From positions 35,774,001-35,838,000 of the forward strand of contig NC_043001.1 in assembly GCF_006345805.1 (NCBI RefSeq): a stretch of DNA of 64,000 bases, written 5' to 3'. A program made the translations under genes and the position numbers. Below, one piece after another: positions 40,770 through 54,681 of the stretch; the stretch's first letter is position 1, and each line of letters starts with the position of its first letter. A model generated the notes under the pieces. It saw only the letters and a list, made by a program, of their open reading frames with translations, ran no database searches and was not told where the DNA came from. Origin of the DNA: Octopus sinensis (Eukaryota).

Positions 40770-41119
40770 CATTGGTTTTCAATCAGTGTCCATATGGCTC
40801 CTTAGGGTCTATATAAGATTTTTGGTGGTCCACATAATAAAATAGTATATTGGGGATCCACAATAGTATTTTAAGGGCCCCTGAAAAAATTGTGCTTTAG
40901 ATGTACGTATTGGTATACATTGCAGGAAAGAGCTGGGTTTCTTTCTCTAACATTTTACATAGTTCAACCTACACAAGTTGAATATGGGAAAACCAAAATA
41001 AGAATTTTGAAAGAAGTTTCTATAAAACTCGTTTTTAAATATCGAATGGCTATGGGGGCCCACCAGAATAAAATAGTAATTAAAGGGGTTCACAGATAGA
41101 AAATGGTTGAGAACCCCTG
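40770..41119. mobile_element. hAT/Charlie-like MITE
   Basis: Right TIR GGTTGAGAACCCCTG, degenerate left TIR CATTGGTTTTCAATC; 8-bp flanks TGCTAATA / TACTAAAA (6/8 match). Confidence 0.7.
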
Positions 41120-41732
41120 TACTAAAACATTTATTGTAATGACCCCCCACGCATTTGAATTTATTAAGTGTGAAGAATTAGTCTAATACTTGAGAAGCAA
41201 TTCTAGACATGTTTCCATATTGTTAGTCCTCACACAGAAGACATCTAAGGTGGGTTGTATTGGTAATACTCTCCGTCAGCCTCAGGCGAGGGGGTGGATG
41301 CAATTATTAAAAGTATTGGTTTAGTTCAAAGGTTCACAGAAGCCTCACTCGTTAATTCCATGAACAGTGATAGCTGAGCCCACTCTTCTGTTCAGCCATG
41401 TTGCATAGAGCAGTAAGTTCAAGTGTTGAGCCTTAGTTGATTTTCACACTTCGGTTACGGCTACAATCTTCCATTAAATTTGTGTTTCTTTGCATTTCCA
41501 TAAAATTTGTCTCTCTTAGCACTTCCATAAAATTTGTGCCTCTTTGCACTTATCCGAAGACGATAACCAAATTTTCTAAAACTTTTATCAAAGACAATAT
41601 TCTAGGGGGGACAGTAATCATTATACAAAAGATGAACAGCCACATATATCAACATGGCTACCTTCTACAACACCATATTATTGTTTGTATGTGAGTATAT
41701 TTACGTGGGTATGTATGCATGAATATATATAT

Positions 41733-41940
41733 ATTTCTTTACTGCCCAGAAGGGGCTAAACATAGAGGGGACAAACAAGGACAGACGAAGGGATTGAGTC
41801 GATTATATCGACCCCAGTGTGAAACTGGTACTTTATTTAAGGATGAAAGGCAAAGTTGACCTCGGCGGAATTTGAACTCAGAACGTAAAGACAGACGAAA
41901 ATACCACTAAGCATTTCGCCCGGCGCGCTAACGTGTCTGC
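41733..41940 (-). mobile_element. SINE family B
   Basis: Reverse complement of the family B consensus. Confidence 0.85.
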
Positions 41941-42533
41941 TAGTATGCATGAATACATATGTGTATTTGTGTGTATGTATGTATGTAAATAGCTTGCTAG
42001 CTAGACAGACATAGAGAAAAATATTACATTTAATTCCTAGGTTTCTACGTAGCATATAAACTTCTTTTCTCAACTTACTCCTAATTACATCACTGGGTAC
42101 TGGCAGTTTAGATACGACGAACTGCAATAATGATTTGTTGTTTCAACGTAATGATGAATAATTATAATACGAGAGAAAGAAAGTGCGCACGCATATTTCT
42201 CTCTTCCTCTTTCACCCCCTTTTTCTTATTCAGATTTCCTCTTCATCTTTCTTCAAAATGCTTCGTTTATTATGTGCGTCATCGAAAATACCGATTCGGT
42301 AATTATTTCTATAAACTTTATTTTGGTTAGTTTTACAACATATTTATTATATATTTATTTAATAAAACAATACTTCTGCTCCCCCCCCCCCCCACCACCA
42401 CCACCACCATACCGAAATTCGCGGTGACTATAATAACCTTTATGTCTGTCTGCTATAAGACGTCTCTGTTGAATATAATTTTTCTATCCTCTCTTTCTCT
42501 ATTTAGTCTACTTATAACATTAGCATTACATGA

Positions 42534-42564
<31 letters not shown>

Positions 42565-43253
42565 TAATAATAATATATAATTAATTAGAAGTAAAGTAGC
42601 AGTGGTGAGAGAATGAATAAATTGCTAATGTCTCGGAAAATACTCTGATACCGCTGTTATCATAGTCGCGGCAGAAGTCATACAGCGCTAAATCTAATAC
42701 TTTTCTAGTACATAGTGTATATATAGTTATCTTTGTTCTCTACGTTCTTTTACTGGTTGCAATCATTGGACGTTGGACATGTTGGTGAATAGCCTTTTTT
42801 GGTTTGAGCTACCACTACTGCTGCCGCAGCTACCACCACTTCCACTATTACTGTTATTACCACCACCACCAACACCACGCATTATGATGTATATCCGATA
42901 CGTAATTAACAGTCTTATACATAATTTAGACATATTTTTTTCGCCGATGCAATATTTGATTGCATCTAATTAATTATGCAATGAACTATAAAATTCGATA
43001 CAGTTTACGCCTGCTTTTTGTTATTGCAATAACGAAATAGATAGTTGTTGATTTGATCAACTATACCAACTTCCTTACAAAGACTGGCTATTTGTGTTCA
43101 TCTGTTTCTGTCAGACCATTGCATTCTAAATAAATAGTTATTAAGCCAATAAATGAGCCTCCACGTGGCCGCTCAACGTGTTAGAAATAGGTGCCACATC
43201 TCCCTCACATTACACTCAACTGTGTTTAGGAAGAGTACAGAGGATACTATGAC

Positions 43254-43472
43254 CGGCGAGCTGGCAGAAACGTTAGCTAGCACGCCGAGCGAAATGCGTA
43301 GCCGTATTTCGTCTGTCGTTACGTTCCGAGTTCAAATTCCGCCGAGGTCGACTTTGCCTTTCATCCTTTCTGGGTCGATAAATTAAGTACCAGTTACGCA
43401 CTGGGGTCGATGTAATCGACTTAATCCGTTTGTCCCCTCTGTGTTTAGCCCCTTGTGGGTAGCAAAGAAATA
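43254..43472 (+). mobile_element. SINE family B, full length
   Basis: Near-identical to 55498-55730. Confidence 0.9.
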
Positions 43473-43789
43473 TATATTCCTGAAAATTATTGCGGCCCCG
43501 ATTTGAATGCATTCGGTTATAAAGCTGAACTGGAGCTAAAAAAAACAAGTTATTCATTATAATACGTGTATTTAATTTAGGCACAACGCTAGAAATGTTA
43601 TGGAGTGGGAGTCTGGAGATTGCATCGACCCCAACAACTCTCAAAGAATGATAGGTAAAAGTAGCCTTGGCGGGATTTTAACTCTGACTGTAAAGAACAG
43701 GAATAAATAGCGCAAAGTATTTCCACTGGCGCTTTAACGATTCAGCCTTCACCGTTCATGGTATTAATTAATAATAATTAGTAAATGTA

Positions 43790-44000
43790 AGTTGGAGAGC
43801 TACCAGAATCGTAAGCATGATGGAGAAATGCTTAGTGGTATTTCGTCCGTCTTTACATTCTGAATTTGAATTCTACTGAGGTCGACTTAACCTTTCATCC
43901 TTTCGCGATTGATAAAATAAGTACTATTTGAGTGGTGAGGTCGATGCAATCGACTTATTCTCTTGCCCGATTTTGTCGGCCTTGTGCCAAAATTTGGAAT
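43790..44000 (+). mobile_element. SINE family B variant, diverged
   Basis: Central domain present; alternative tail. Confidence 0.7.
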
Positions 44001-46089
44001 CTGTAAATAGTAAACGTCTCTTCAAGATCATGGGTATCATCATTGTTTTGATATGCGTTTGTTTCAGATTTCTTATGCTTTAGATTTCCGACTTCTTATT
44101 TTTTCACCATGCCCAGCTTTGATGTTTTATGTGTTAGAAGTCATTTTTGGTAATTCTTTGAAAGTTAGCGTTAGTGTTGACAATACTAAAAACATATTAA
44201 ACGATGATTGCAACCGAAATTACTGAGCTTCGATGTTGTCTTCGTTTTAGCTAAGGCATTTTACTCTTCGTGGCAAATATGTCTTTTTAAAGAAGTTAGA
44301 CCATTTCTGAATCAACGTTACACAGATGATTGGACGTGTAGTTGGTTTTTCAGGAGAAACAAACAGTCCCTATAACCTATGTATGAGATACCAACTTGAC
44401 TATTTGCAGATGAAAATCAACAGGAAAAATGAAGGCAAAATCTTGCATCAGATTAAACTCCAGTAAGAGCTGATCAAGAACAAAAGGGTACCGTTAAAAC
44501 AGGTTTATCAATCATGCTGAGAAAGGCTTCTCTCAGTAAGTGGGATGCTAATGTACAGCAGATTATCAGATATCAGAGAGAAGAAAAGCGAAGATTGAGA
44601 TAGACAAAATTTGGCCTTGCAAACAGTAGACATTCTATTGTAATCATATAATTATACAAACAGGAACTGAACTAGACAGTATTAATGATTTTACTCTTCT
44701 CGCCTTGTCTAGTCTAGTGGCTTCTAGAAGTTAAGAACTATTTAATCTATCAGACAAGAGGATGCTGGTGTTTCTGTTTAACAAATTCAGCTCTAAAACA
44801 GTAGAATTATGATTAAAGTTGATTCCAATCGGAACTATTTCATCTTGCTTTCAGACATACAAAACCTGAAATATGTCCTTCCTCTTATAAAGATGGAAAA
44901 ATTGTTTTGAGAAAAATATGACTGCTATTTTTCGCAAGTACCACACAATATTTTCAATTTGTCTGTCTCTGCATTATTTGAACCGGGTCATTTTTTAAAA
45001 TTCATTATGAAGAAAATAACTTAAGGGAGAAGGCTGATGTAGTTGAATTAATGGTGGGGGTCGTAATATGAGTTGTGATGGTTGCAATAGTGATCGCAGT
45101 ACTGAGGCTTTTATTGATGACAGCAAGGTTGTCAGTGGTAGCGTAACTGCAACAACTATCAGATATAATCGTCAATCATTTCTTTGCAAAGTAACTAGGT
45201 AGTTCTTATCTCAGTTTCTATTGGAAATAGATTTTCCAGCAACTAATTTATTGAACAGAAAACTATTACGATTATTGTTGTAGTTGTTGCTGAAGATGTC
45301 ATCTTTATTTGTTATTGTTGCTATTGTTATTGTTAGTGATATACTTAAATTGTTACTGTCGTAGTATCCAGTTGTTACATCGTCAGTAAATAAAAATCTA
45401 CTGTCGTACTGGTAAATTATTCTGTACTTTTTATGAATATTTCATTTTTATTTCCCAACATTTAGATAAGAAACTGCATTCTCTCTATTATAGATTTTAA
45501 GAGGAGAAGAGAGAGAGATATAAACATGTTGTCAGTGATGAAAATCCAAGGAATACGAAAACCACGCTCAACAGAAAGATAGAGGAGGCAGTTGAAATGG
45601 GGAATACGAAGAAATAAATCTTGTCTTCTTGTTTGCAATGTCAACCGTATGCTACTTACTATTATTACAAATGCCAAACTCTAAAATTTAGATCAGAAAC
45701 CTTGATAAGGGATAGTTCACTGCTCAAAGCGAAGAGAATAAAAGCAGATAAGAGACACACCACGTATCTTTAGAGAAACGGGAATTGATTCGCAACAAAA
45801 ATTACACGCGTTAGATAAATCCTGCTGAATTTATATTACCTAGCTTATATTTAATTTGCATGGTAAGATGGTGTTGTTTTTGATATTATTATTATTATCA
45901 TTATTATTAAAAAATTATTTGTTCCTTGTTATTTCCGTTTCATCCTTTTCTTCTGAAAGAATTTTCAGCCTTGCCTTCTTTCAGATTACTGATAAACTTA
46001 TGAACCACGACTAAACTCTATTTAATTTCTATAATGCAACAGCGAATGATAACATTTTTTTACAACTAGCTTCTGTATCTTCACATCTT

Positions 46090-46352
46090 ATATATATATG
46101 CATATGTATGAAAAGTGGAGTAAGAGTGCATGCATACATACATATATAAATATGTATGTTTATATGTGTATGTATATATTATATAAATATATACATATAT
46201 ATATATATACATATATATGTATATACATACATACATACATATATATATACATATATATGTATATACATATATACATATATACATATATATATGTATTTAC
46301 ATATATACATACATACATATATATGTATATACATACATATATATGTATATAC

Positions 46353-46389
<37 letters not shown>

Positions 46390-46426
46390 CATACATATAT
46401 ATATATACATACATATATATATATAC

Positions 46427-46460
<34 letters not shown>

Positions 46461-46462
46461 AC

Positions 46463-46505
<43 letters not shown>

Positions 46506-46538
46506 CATACATATATATATATACATATATATATATAT

Positions 46539-46573
<35 letters not shown>

Positions 46574-46697
46574 ATGGAAACGTATACAGATTTGTATGCA
46601 TACGCGTGCGTGCCCGCGATGTGTGTGTTAGGAAAGAATGCAGAATATATATATATATATATATATGGAAATGTATACAGATGTGTGTGTGTGTGTG

Positions 46698-46734
<37 letters not shown>

Positions 46735-46760
46735 CATGCGTGCGTGCGCTGTGTGTGTGT
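46090..46760. repeat. (TA)/(TACA)/(TG) block
   Basis: Direct reading. Confidence 0.95.
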
Positions 46761-47284
46761 TAACTTAGGAAAGAATGCAGAAGAACAACAGAAGCAAAGA
46801 TGAAGTAACAGAAGCGATATAATTAATCAGTAACATACTAAAGATGTCTTTATCTGAAGTAGAAGAGTGGTCAAAGGAAAACGCTAGCTTTTTGACTCAA
46901 GGATTATGAAAACTCATAAGTCATTAGCTCCGCGCAATTCGCTGAGATAAAATTCTTTCATCTAAGAGAGTATGCCTTCACGGCAAAAGTGTCGGCTAAC
47001 AATTTAACTGTAGTTTCTCATGCCGATGGTTTGTCCGAATGAGGCTTTCCTTACGAACGATGTTGCGTCCAAATAAAATAAAGCTAGTTCACTTTCTGCA
47101 GACTTCAAAAAGATAAGTCTCTTCTGATCTATTACTGTCAAGAAAGTCTTCATCTGGTCGTTTCATATCTATCACTTCGCCCCACATTAAAAAGATATCA
47201 TGATATGGTTCGGATTACTCGACGCTCATATTTCGCTCTGAATGATACTAGTATTTTGAAATTCGACCATATTCATATAGATCT

Positions 47285-47345
47285 CTGTGTGCGTGGCCGC
47301 GCGTAGATATGCGCACGTGTGTGTGTGTGTTTATGTATAGCCGCG

Positions 47346-47386
<41 letters not shown>

Positions 47387-47545
47387 GAGTACATATGCGT
47401 GTGTGTGTGTGTGTGTGGCCGTGCGTAGATATGCGCACGTGTGTGTGTGTTTAAGTATAGCCGCGTATATATATATACATGAGTGCATATGCGTGTGTGT
47501 GTATGCGTTTGTGTGTGTGTGTGTATGCGTTTGTGTGTGTGTGTA
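47285..47545. repeat. Two copies of a ~120-bp microsatellite-containing unit
   Basis: GCGTAGATATGCGCACGTGTG...TATAGCCGCGTATAT...ACATGAGT repeated twice. Confidence 0.85.
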
Positions 47546-50500
47546 GGAGGTATATTTTCACATCTGTTTTGAAGTGTGTAACAGCCATCATATTAAACAC
47601 AGCTCATTGCTCCATGTTTTAGGGTTACAAGTTTCACATTTTTTTTTTTTTTTAAATGTGATCTACTGTATTAGGTACCTGAATCTGAGACCTGCTCTAA
47701 AAGCTGATGTGCTCATTAGTTGTTATTTCAGGAATTTAAAAAAAAATCATTTAATTTATTCAAAATATTATTTACAGATACAATTTTTCCCTTTTTAAAT
47801 AACGATCAGTAGTGAGTTTTAATTTGATAAATTAGTCAGAAATACGTATAACGCAATTCGATGATCAAGCCTTATTTAAAATGACCTACATTTCTGTAGT
47901 TGTGAATTGTAAAGTATTTAGCACCTATTGTGGCCCTGTGATCCTGCATGCAACGGTTCAGAAACTGAAAGACTGTATCAGCAATTATGTTTTGTATGTT
48001 GTTTAATTTAAGGTAAGATCACTTCATTTAAGATATTTCAAAAGGTTGTCTCAATGTGAACACTTATCGAAGTGACGCAGAATCTTTAACTCTATTAATA
48101 ATATCGCATTATTTGTATATACTTTGTATGATAATTCATAGTAGAAGCACTTTGAAACGCTGTTTTCATTAATGAGACCGTAATAGTGAAATTGTCATGT
48201 TATGAATACAATTTAACGAAGCCATATGAAGATCTCTGGATTTATGCAAAGAAATAGAATGCGAAATAAATCTGTCACATTTAGAAAGAGTCCTCAAAAT
48301 TTTATGATAGCAGTTATTCATCTTTTGTATTGGTCAATGGAATGTGAATACATTTTATCTAGATAAATACAGATTATCCTGAAAAGAAAATTTCATTATA
48401 TAAACATAAATACATATACATACACTCACGCTCAGACATTAACACACATGTATAATCATTATTGCACACATAATTATTACACAAACACAAGTATACAAAT
48501 ACGAACACTTCTGAAAATTTACATTTACTTGCTATATATCTATGTTCACTACATCCGAAATAATAAAAGTCTATTTTACAGAAGGTATACAGGTTGTATA
48601 ACGAATGAGCGTTTTTTAATTCAAACGCACTTTGCTGAGAAATCTATTTTTTTAAATTGGGATTCTACTGATACATATGATTTTTACGTTAACAGCAATT
48701 CACAAGACGTGAGAATTACTGAAACGGGACTGCAGTAAAAATATTAAATTTAGTTTCCGATATCGTCAAAATAAATACAAATTTTCATAACGACCCGCTA
48801 TATATATATATATAAATTTTTATATATTAATGTGCTTCCGAGTAAATTTGTAATTTTAAGACAAATATAATTAGGTGATCGCACAAACAGGAATCTGTTA
48901 CATGGTAATTAGATCCGGATTTGTGTTAGACTGCCCAATTAAAGAGATTCAAAGACTTTTTACAATGTTAAAATAACATGCGCAGTTGATCCTCATAGAA
49001 ACAGTTTGCATATATTTCTAATAGTTACATCCTGTTTATATCTTCGAAGGATATAAACTCTGAAGATGATGACTGCATCACAGATGAGAAACACTACATA
49101 GCTGTGGAATCTACTAATATGTCCGTCTACAGACATTAGACACACATTGTCTTTAAGAGCTGCCTAATTAGATAATTTATTGCAGATTAATAGTTTATCA
49201 CGCTTTCTTAAAAAAAAAAATCAGTAGTTCTCAGCCTGTGTAGTTCTCAGCCTTAGGCGCGAATGAGAACTCAAAAAGAAGTAGTAAATGCTAAGGTGGT
49301 AGGGTGGGAACTAGGAGCTGTGATTTTCCTCACTAATATGATATTGAAATTAAATAAAATGCCTATATTTTAAACACACATATTATGAAAATCTCAATAA
49401 GTAATAATAGATATTAGAATATACGTTGGGTTTTGAATTTGAGTTGAAATATGCACCAAAGTGCAGTACACTTTCGAACTTTTTGCCTTCATTTGTTTTT
49501 TCCTCATACAACCTAAGCTAGAAGCTATAGTTCATGCAAATCTCAAAAGATAAGCATATGCTGGATGGCATAACATAGGAAAATATGAGATATTGCTTGA
49601 ATAATATGCTGACTTTGTTTTTCGAGCAAAACGCAAATACAGGACATTTGTAAATGCAATAGACTGAATGAATTAGGCTGATGCGTCGATAGCGAAGTCA
49701 AATATTAAAATCCAGCATAAAATATATCCATGTATGTAAAAAAAAATGTAGTTGTTACTTAATTAAACTAATAAATGAGATAGCTAATAGATGTTATGGA
49801 GTAAGTCGAAAAAAGAAGAGAACAGAATATACACACCTTGAGCAAGGTATATTTACATAATACAATGTTATGTGATTGCACAATGTGTAGGGGAGACTAC
49901 CAGCTACCTTGTAGAGAGTAAAAGTTTATTTCGAAGAGCAACATTTTTTTTTTATGAATGTTGAATAGCAAAATCACTGATGTACAGAATTATTGATTAT
50001 CATAAAAAATTTATCTGGGTGTTAGGTATTTGTAGACATAATAACTATCATGTTTACTACTCGATGTCATTAAATTTTATTTTTAGAGGCCTCGGTGAGA
50101 TTTTGCTTCGGTCAATTTTAGTTTTATTTTCATTATTTCCAAACCATAACCTGACCAGATATTTTAGGACTACACCCCGTTGACTTATCGGCGATGAAGA
50201 AAAACATGTTAATTTTTTCGGTATCATTAAGCGTATGTATTAATAATCCTTTCCAAAATGTAGCATACTTTAAAAAATAATCAGCACATTCACAAACATA
50301 GAAACATAAACAAATACACACTCGTATACTTACAAATACAGATACACATTAACTTTATATTTAAGCATACCCAATATATAAGCACACACGTTATAAAATA
50401 AATATTTGCTTGTTAAATATTAAATAATCAATACTATTTGATATATCGACATAGAAAATACATTATTGAACCAGCGTCTGTCTACTTTGCACGGGTATAT

Positions 50501-50694
50501 TGTTTAACATGCTTGTTCACATAAAACACTAGTGCAAACGACTGCGTGTATAAAACAACTGGCGGGTCGTGTTTTACACAAATAAGCAACAAAAAAGGCG
50601 GCGTTTTCTAACATTACATATATGTATGGCATCATAGTAGCGAACAATTTTCAGGAAAGAAATGAAATATAGCATACAAAGGATAATAATAATG

Positions 50695-50739
<45 letters not shown>

Positions 50740-50835
50740 GAACGACAAGTGAGGAATGTGCTACAAGCGCAATGGTAGGGAGTGTTGGTGGATGTGTTGA
50801 CTGAAGCAGCCCACAGACAAATGACATCTAGTTCA

Positions 50836-50839
<4 letters not shown>

Positions 50840-50923
<84 letters not shown>

Positions 50924-50929
50924 TATACG

Positions 50930-50962
<33 letters not shown>

Positions 50963-50977
50963 TATATATGCATATAC

Positions 50978-51016
<39 letters not shown>

Positions 51017-51022
51017 TATACG

Positions 51023-51054
<32 letters not shown>

Positions 51055-51185
51055 TATACGTATATATTCATATATATATATATATATGCATATACGTATA
51101 TATTCATATATATATATATATATATGTAGATAGATATAGATATGAATATATGCATATATATATATATATATGTATGTATGTATGG
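50840..51185. repeat. (TA)n with recurring GCATATACG interruption
   Basis: Direct reading; five interruptions. Confidence 0.92.
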
Positions 51186-51403
51186 ATACGGGTATCTCAC
51201 CTCATTTCCTCCAACGTGTTGCTCTCGAAACCAGGTCCAAATCTAAACAGCGAGAAAGACATGAAAATGATGATTGATGAAGGGAAGCTCGCATAGACGC
51301 GTTAAGAGGGAAATTGAATATGGTGAAGGTTATTATAATGAATGTAAAATTTGCTACTGTACTCTTATGTGTGTGTGCATGTATTTGCATGTATATATAT
51401 AAC

Positions 51404-51439
<36 letters not shown>

Positions 51440-52035
51440 AGTATAGAGAGAGAGGATAGAGACAGACAGACAGACAGTGATCATATCAAACATTTTTTGT
51501 TTAAATCTTTAAAACTAGTTATAAGGAAATGGTTAACTCTCTTTCCCACCGCCTTTTTTTTTGTCTTTTCTTTTAAGTTGTTAAGTGTTAAATTTTGTTG
51601 AATTTTGTTCCTGCCATGTTGGTTGACAGTTTTGTGAGTTCTTGCCTAATTCATATACAAATTTAAATACATCCGCGCGTGCGCACACACTCACACCTTT
51701 ACTCGTACTCGAGAGGAGAAAGACAAAGAGGAGGACAGAGAAAGAAAACAAAAAAGAGACAAACTGGTAAGTTAATAGAATGGGAGAAAAGAGCAATCAC
51801 TACTGAAATTAAAAATTAGACAAATTAGAAGGAAAACGTTACAATTTGCTCCTCTGGTTTCCTGAAACTGTTCTTCAGATAAGATGAAGAAATTGGAACA
51901 ATACGAAATTCTTAGACACTACCATCCATCGAGAAAGATGCTGCTGCTTTGAACTGAGTTAAATCTGTACACAGTATCGGAAGTAAAGGCTATAGTTGAA
52001 TGGATTGTGTAACCGTTAGCGAAAATGTATACTAA

Positions 52036-52432
52036 AGGAGTGGCTATGTGGTAAGTAACTTGCTTACCAACAACATGGTTCCGAGTTCAGTCCTATTGCG
52101 TGGCACCTTGGACAAGTGTCTTCTACTATAGCCTCGGGCCGAGCAAAGTCTTGTGAGTAGACCTGGTAGACGGAAACTGAAAGAAGCCCGTTGTATATAT
52201 ATATATATGCATGTGTGTGTATATGTTTGTGTGTCTGTGTTTGTCCCCACAACCTCGCTTGACAACAGATGCTAGTGTGTTTACGTCCCTGTAACTTAGC
52301 AGTTTGGCAAAAAAGACCGATGGAATAAGTACTAGGCTTACAAAGAATAAGTCCTGGGACCACCGATTTGCTCGACTATAGCCGGCACTCCAGCATGGCC
52401 GCAGTCAAATGAATGAAACAAGTAAAGCATAA
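52036..52432 (+). mobile_element. SINE family A (antisense to gene)
   Basis: Collinear with family A. Confidence 0.88.
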
Positions 52433-52829
52433 AAGAATCCAAAAGTAAAGAAGCTTATCGCATCCTTTAGAAATGATGTAGCTGAAGGATATATTTGCCT
52501 GCTACGAGAAATATATAAAATTTAATATATTTAAACTTAAGTTTTATGGGGGTTTTTTATAACCAAATTATGATAAAGCTTTGGATCACAGACAGATAAA
52601 CGGTAAGCGACAGAGAAGAGAGGTCGTATGAATATAAGACGGAGTCAGGTTGATGGAGAAAATAGGATGTTGTATGGGTAATGAGAATATTCATGCTAGC
52701 AGCTTTCCTATATTATTCAAGTTTGTCTAAAGTTCGAAACGTGAAACTTTAAAGTTTCACTTTTAACACACATACACACGCACACGCACACGCACAGATG
52801 TGGGCATTTATATGGAAATGGATTTACAT

Positions 52830-52878
<49 letters not shown>

Positions 52879-53961
52879 TGCGTGTAACCATCGATGCGCG
52901 CACGAACAGATTTGTTGCCCTTGGTTTACGTTTGATCGTCCAGATGTTTAATCGACGACATTTCAAGACCCTGCTCATTGAAAAAGCGGGCGAAGTATAT
53001 GAGTTGAGCAATTCATATGCATCGGCATAAGTACTCTTACCGAAATCTTCAAGCAGAATCAGTGAAACATAGTTCAAAATTTTGCGCATGTATTGCGTCT
53101 CCAGAACACCAGAGGGGTTTCTACGTGGTTCAGCCGATCAAAGGCAATCTGAATAGACCTTCAGTCTCGTTGTTGCAAAAGGAAATACTTAGACTCCTAG
53201 CCATGCCAACATCAGAGGACAAGTATTTTGTCTATCTGTATGTGTGTGTGCACTAATATTCAATACTGGCGATTATCCATATGCATTCATTTTTATATGT
53301 GCTTTACAAATAAATTAATAATGAATGCTTAAACGAAAGCAAACAATAAAAATCAATTGATGTAATTCTATTACATTAAAAGCGGAATATGAAATAGTGG
53401 TCTACTTATATGTCATATGATGATGACTTTTAAATGTACTTATCAAAATAAAACATTTAGGCTTTACTTTATCCAACTATGTGACATACCTCTATTATAA
53501 AATGGTTGATTATAAAATATTATTAATCATGATTTCAAGCGAGTCAATAGATATCGTTATAAATATGTATATATGTGTGAATCGAATATTGACATAAATA
53601 GTACAAACGGTTTTCTTTCTCTACCACAGGCCTTGGATTGTTGTATTGTAAATTGCCAGTAACAGTTAATGATAAGTAAAAGTAAAAAATGTGGAGGCGG
53701 CACTGTTTAAACACCTAGAGACTAAATCAAACCTAAGAGAAGATTTTCATGGTCACTTGATTTTCTAGAAATTGCAATCAAATTACACACGCAGTACCAC
53801 TTTAAAAAGAAAAAAAGAACAGAGATCACACCGAATAATATGCTAGCCTAGATCTACTGTGACTAAACCAAATGAGTGCATGTGGTTCCTCGTTGATCAA
53901 CCAGGTTGATAATCTTCAGCTACATCACCAACAATTACAAGAACAAAATATACGTTTGCCT

Positions 53962-54375
53962 GTCGCATTGACCATGACAGAGAAAGTTGTCATGGTGATA
54001 ACTTCTCAGAGGCCTACGCAAAGTTGCAGAAAAGTGTATGGAGAGAAGCGTATGAGCCACACACAAGTGTACGAATGGTGCAGATGCTTTCAAGATGGCC
54101 GGGAAAATGTCGATAATGACGAACGTTCTGAGAGACCCGCAACCAGCAGAACTGAGAAAAACATCGCTGATGTGTGTGCATCTGAGAGGGAAACTCGTCA
54201 AATCACCGTCCGTGAGTTATCAGAGGATGTGCAGATTAGTTACGGTTCTGTTCAGTCCACTCTATTATCACTGCAGATTTGGGTACGAGACGCGTGTCTG
54301 CCAAGTTTGTGCCAAAACTGCTTTCAGCTGACCAAAAGGACACTCGGGTTTCAGTTGCACAAGTCTCCTTGTTAG
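53962..54375 (+). pseudogene. Degenerate mariner transposase, N-terminal DNA-binding region
   Basis: Translates VYGEKRMSHTQVYEWCRCFQDGRENVDNDERSERPATSRTEKNI...ITVRELSEDVQISYGSVQS, then after a frameshift DLGTRRVSAKFVPKLLSADQKDTRV (mariner HTH region and WVP-like linker). No DDD catalytic domain. Confidence 0.88.
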
Positions 54376-54399
54376 TATCGAGAACAATGGAAAGTCTTT

Positions 54400-54681
54400 G
54401 AAAACTTTGTGTAGGCCCCTCAGCAGGTATCGTCAAGATTTTGGCAAAATGTGATGCAAATTCTCTACTCAATTTTCTCTGTCATGGTCAATGCGACGTA
54501 TGCACGCTACACACGTTACTTCCAAGCATTGCTGTAAACAGCGGAAGCTAGCCAGAACGTTAAATCTTCGAGCACATGCACAGCAGAGTTCAAGGTCAAT
54601 CTGGTTCAAGCGGCTTCCCTCTGCGTGCTTTAGCTTCGCTACTATGGCAACAGTCCGGATACTTATTGATCAGACTACGTA
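54400..54681 (-). mobile_element. Inverted 5' end of the same mariner family with terminal repeat
   Basis: Reverse complement reads TA|CGTAGTCTGATCAATAAGTATCCGGACTG...GTCGCATTGACCATGACAGAGAAAATTGAG...; the MTEKIE start region matches 53962-53987. Confidence 0.75.

Noticed and set aside
45540-45620. Short peptide TLNRKIEEAVEM reminiscent of Penelope GIY-YIG C-termini
   Set aside because: Too short, with no flanking endonuclease or RT similarity visible; needs a tBLASTn/HMM search.
47145-47170. Minus-strand GAAACGAC-CAGATGAAGAC
   Set aside because: Core is CAGAUGA, and there is no room for stem I between the motifs.
49052-49095. CTGAAGA-TGATG(ACTG)CATCA...GAAAC hammerhead-like string
   Set aside because: Seven extra nucleotides separate stem II from GAAA, and no stem I or III can be formed.
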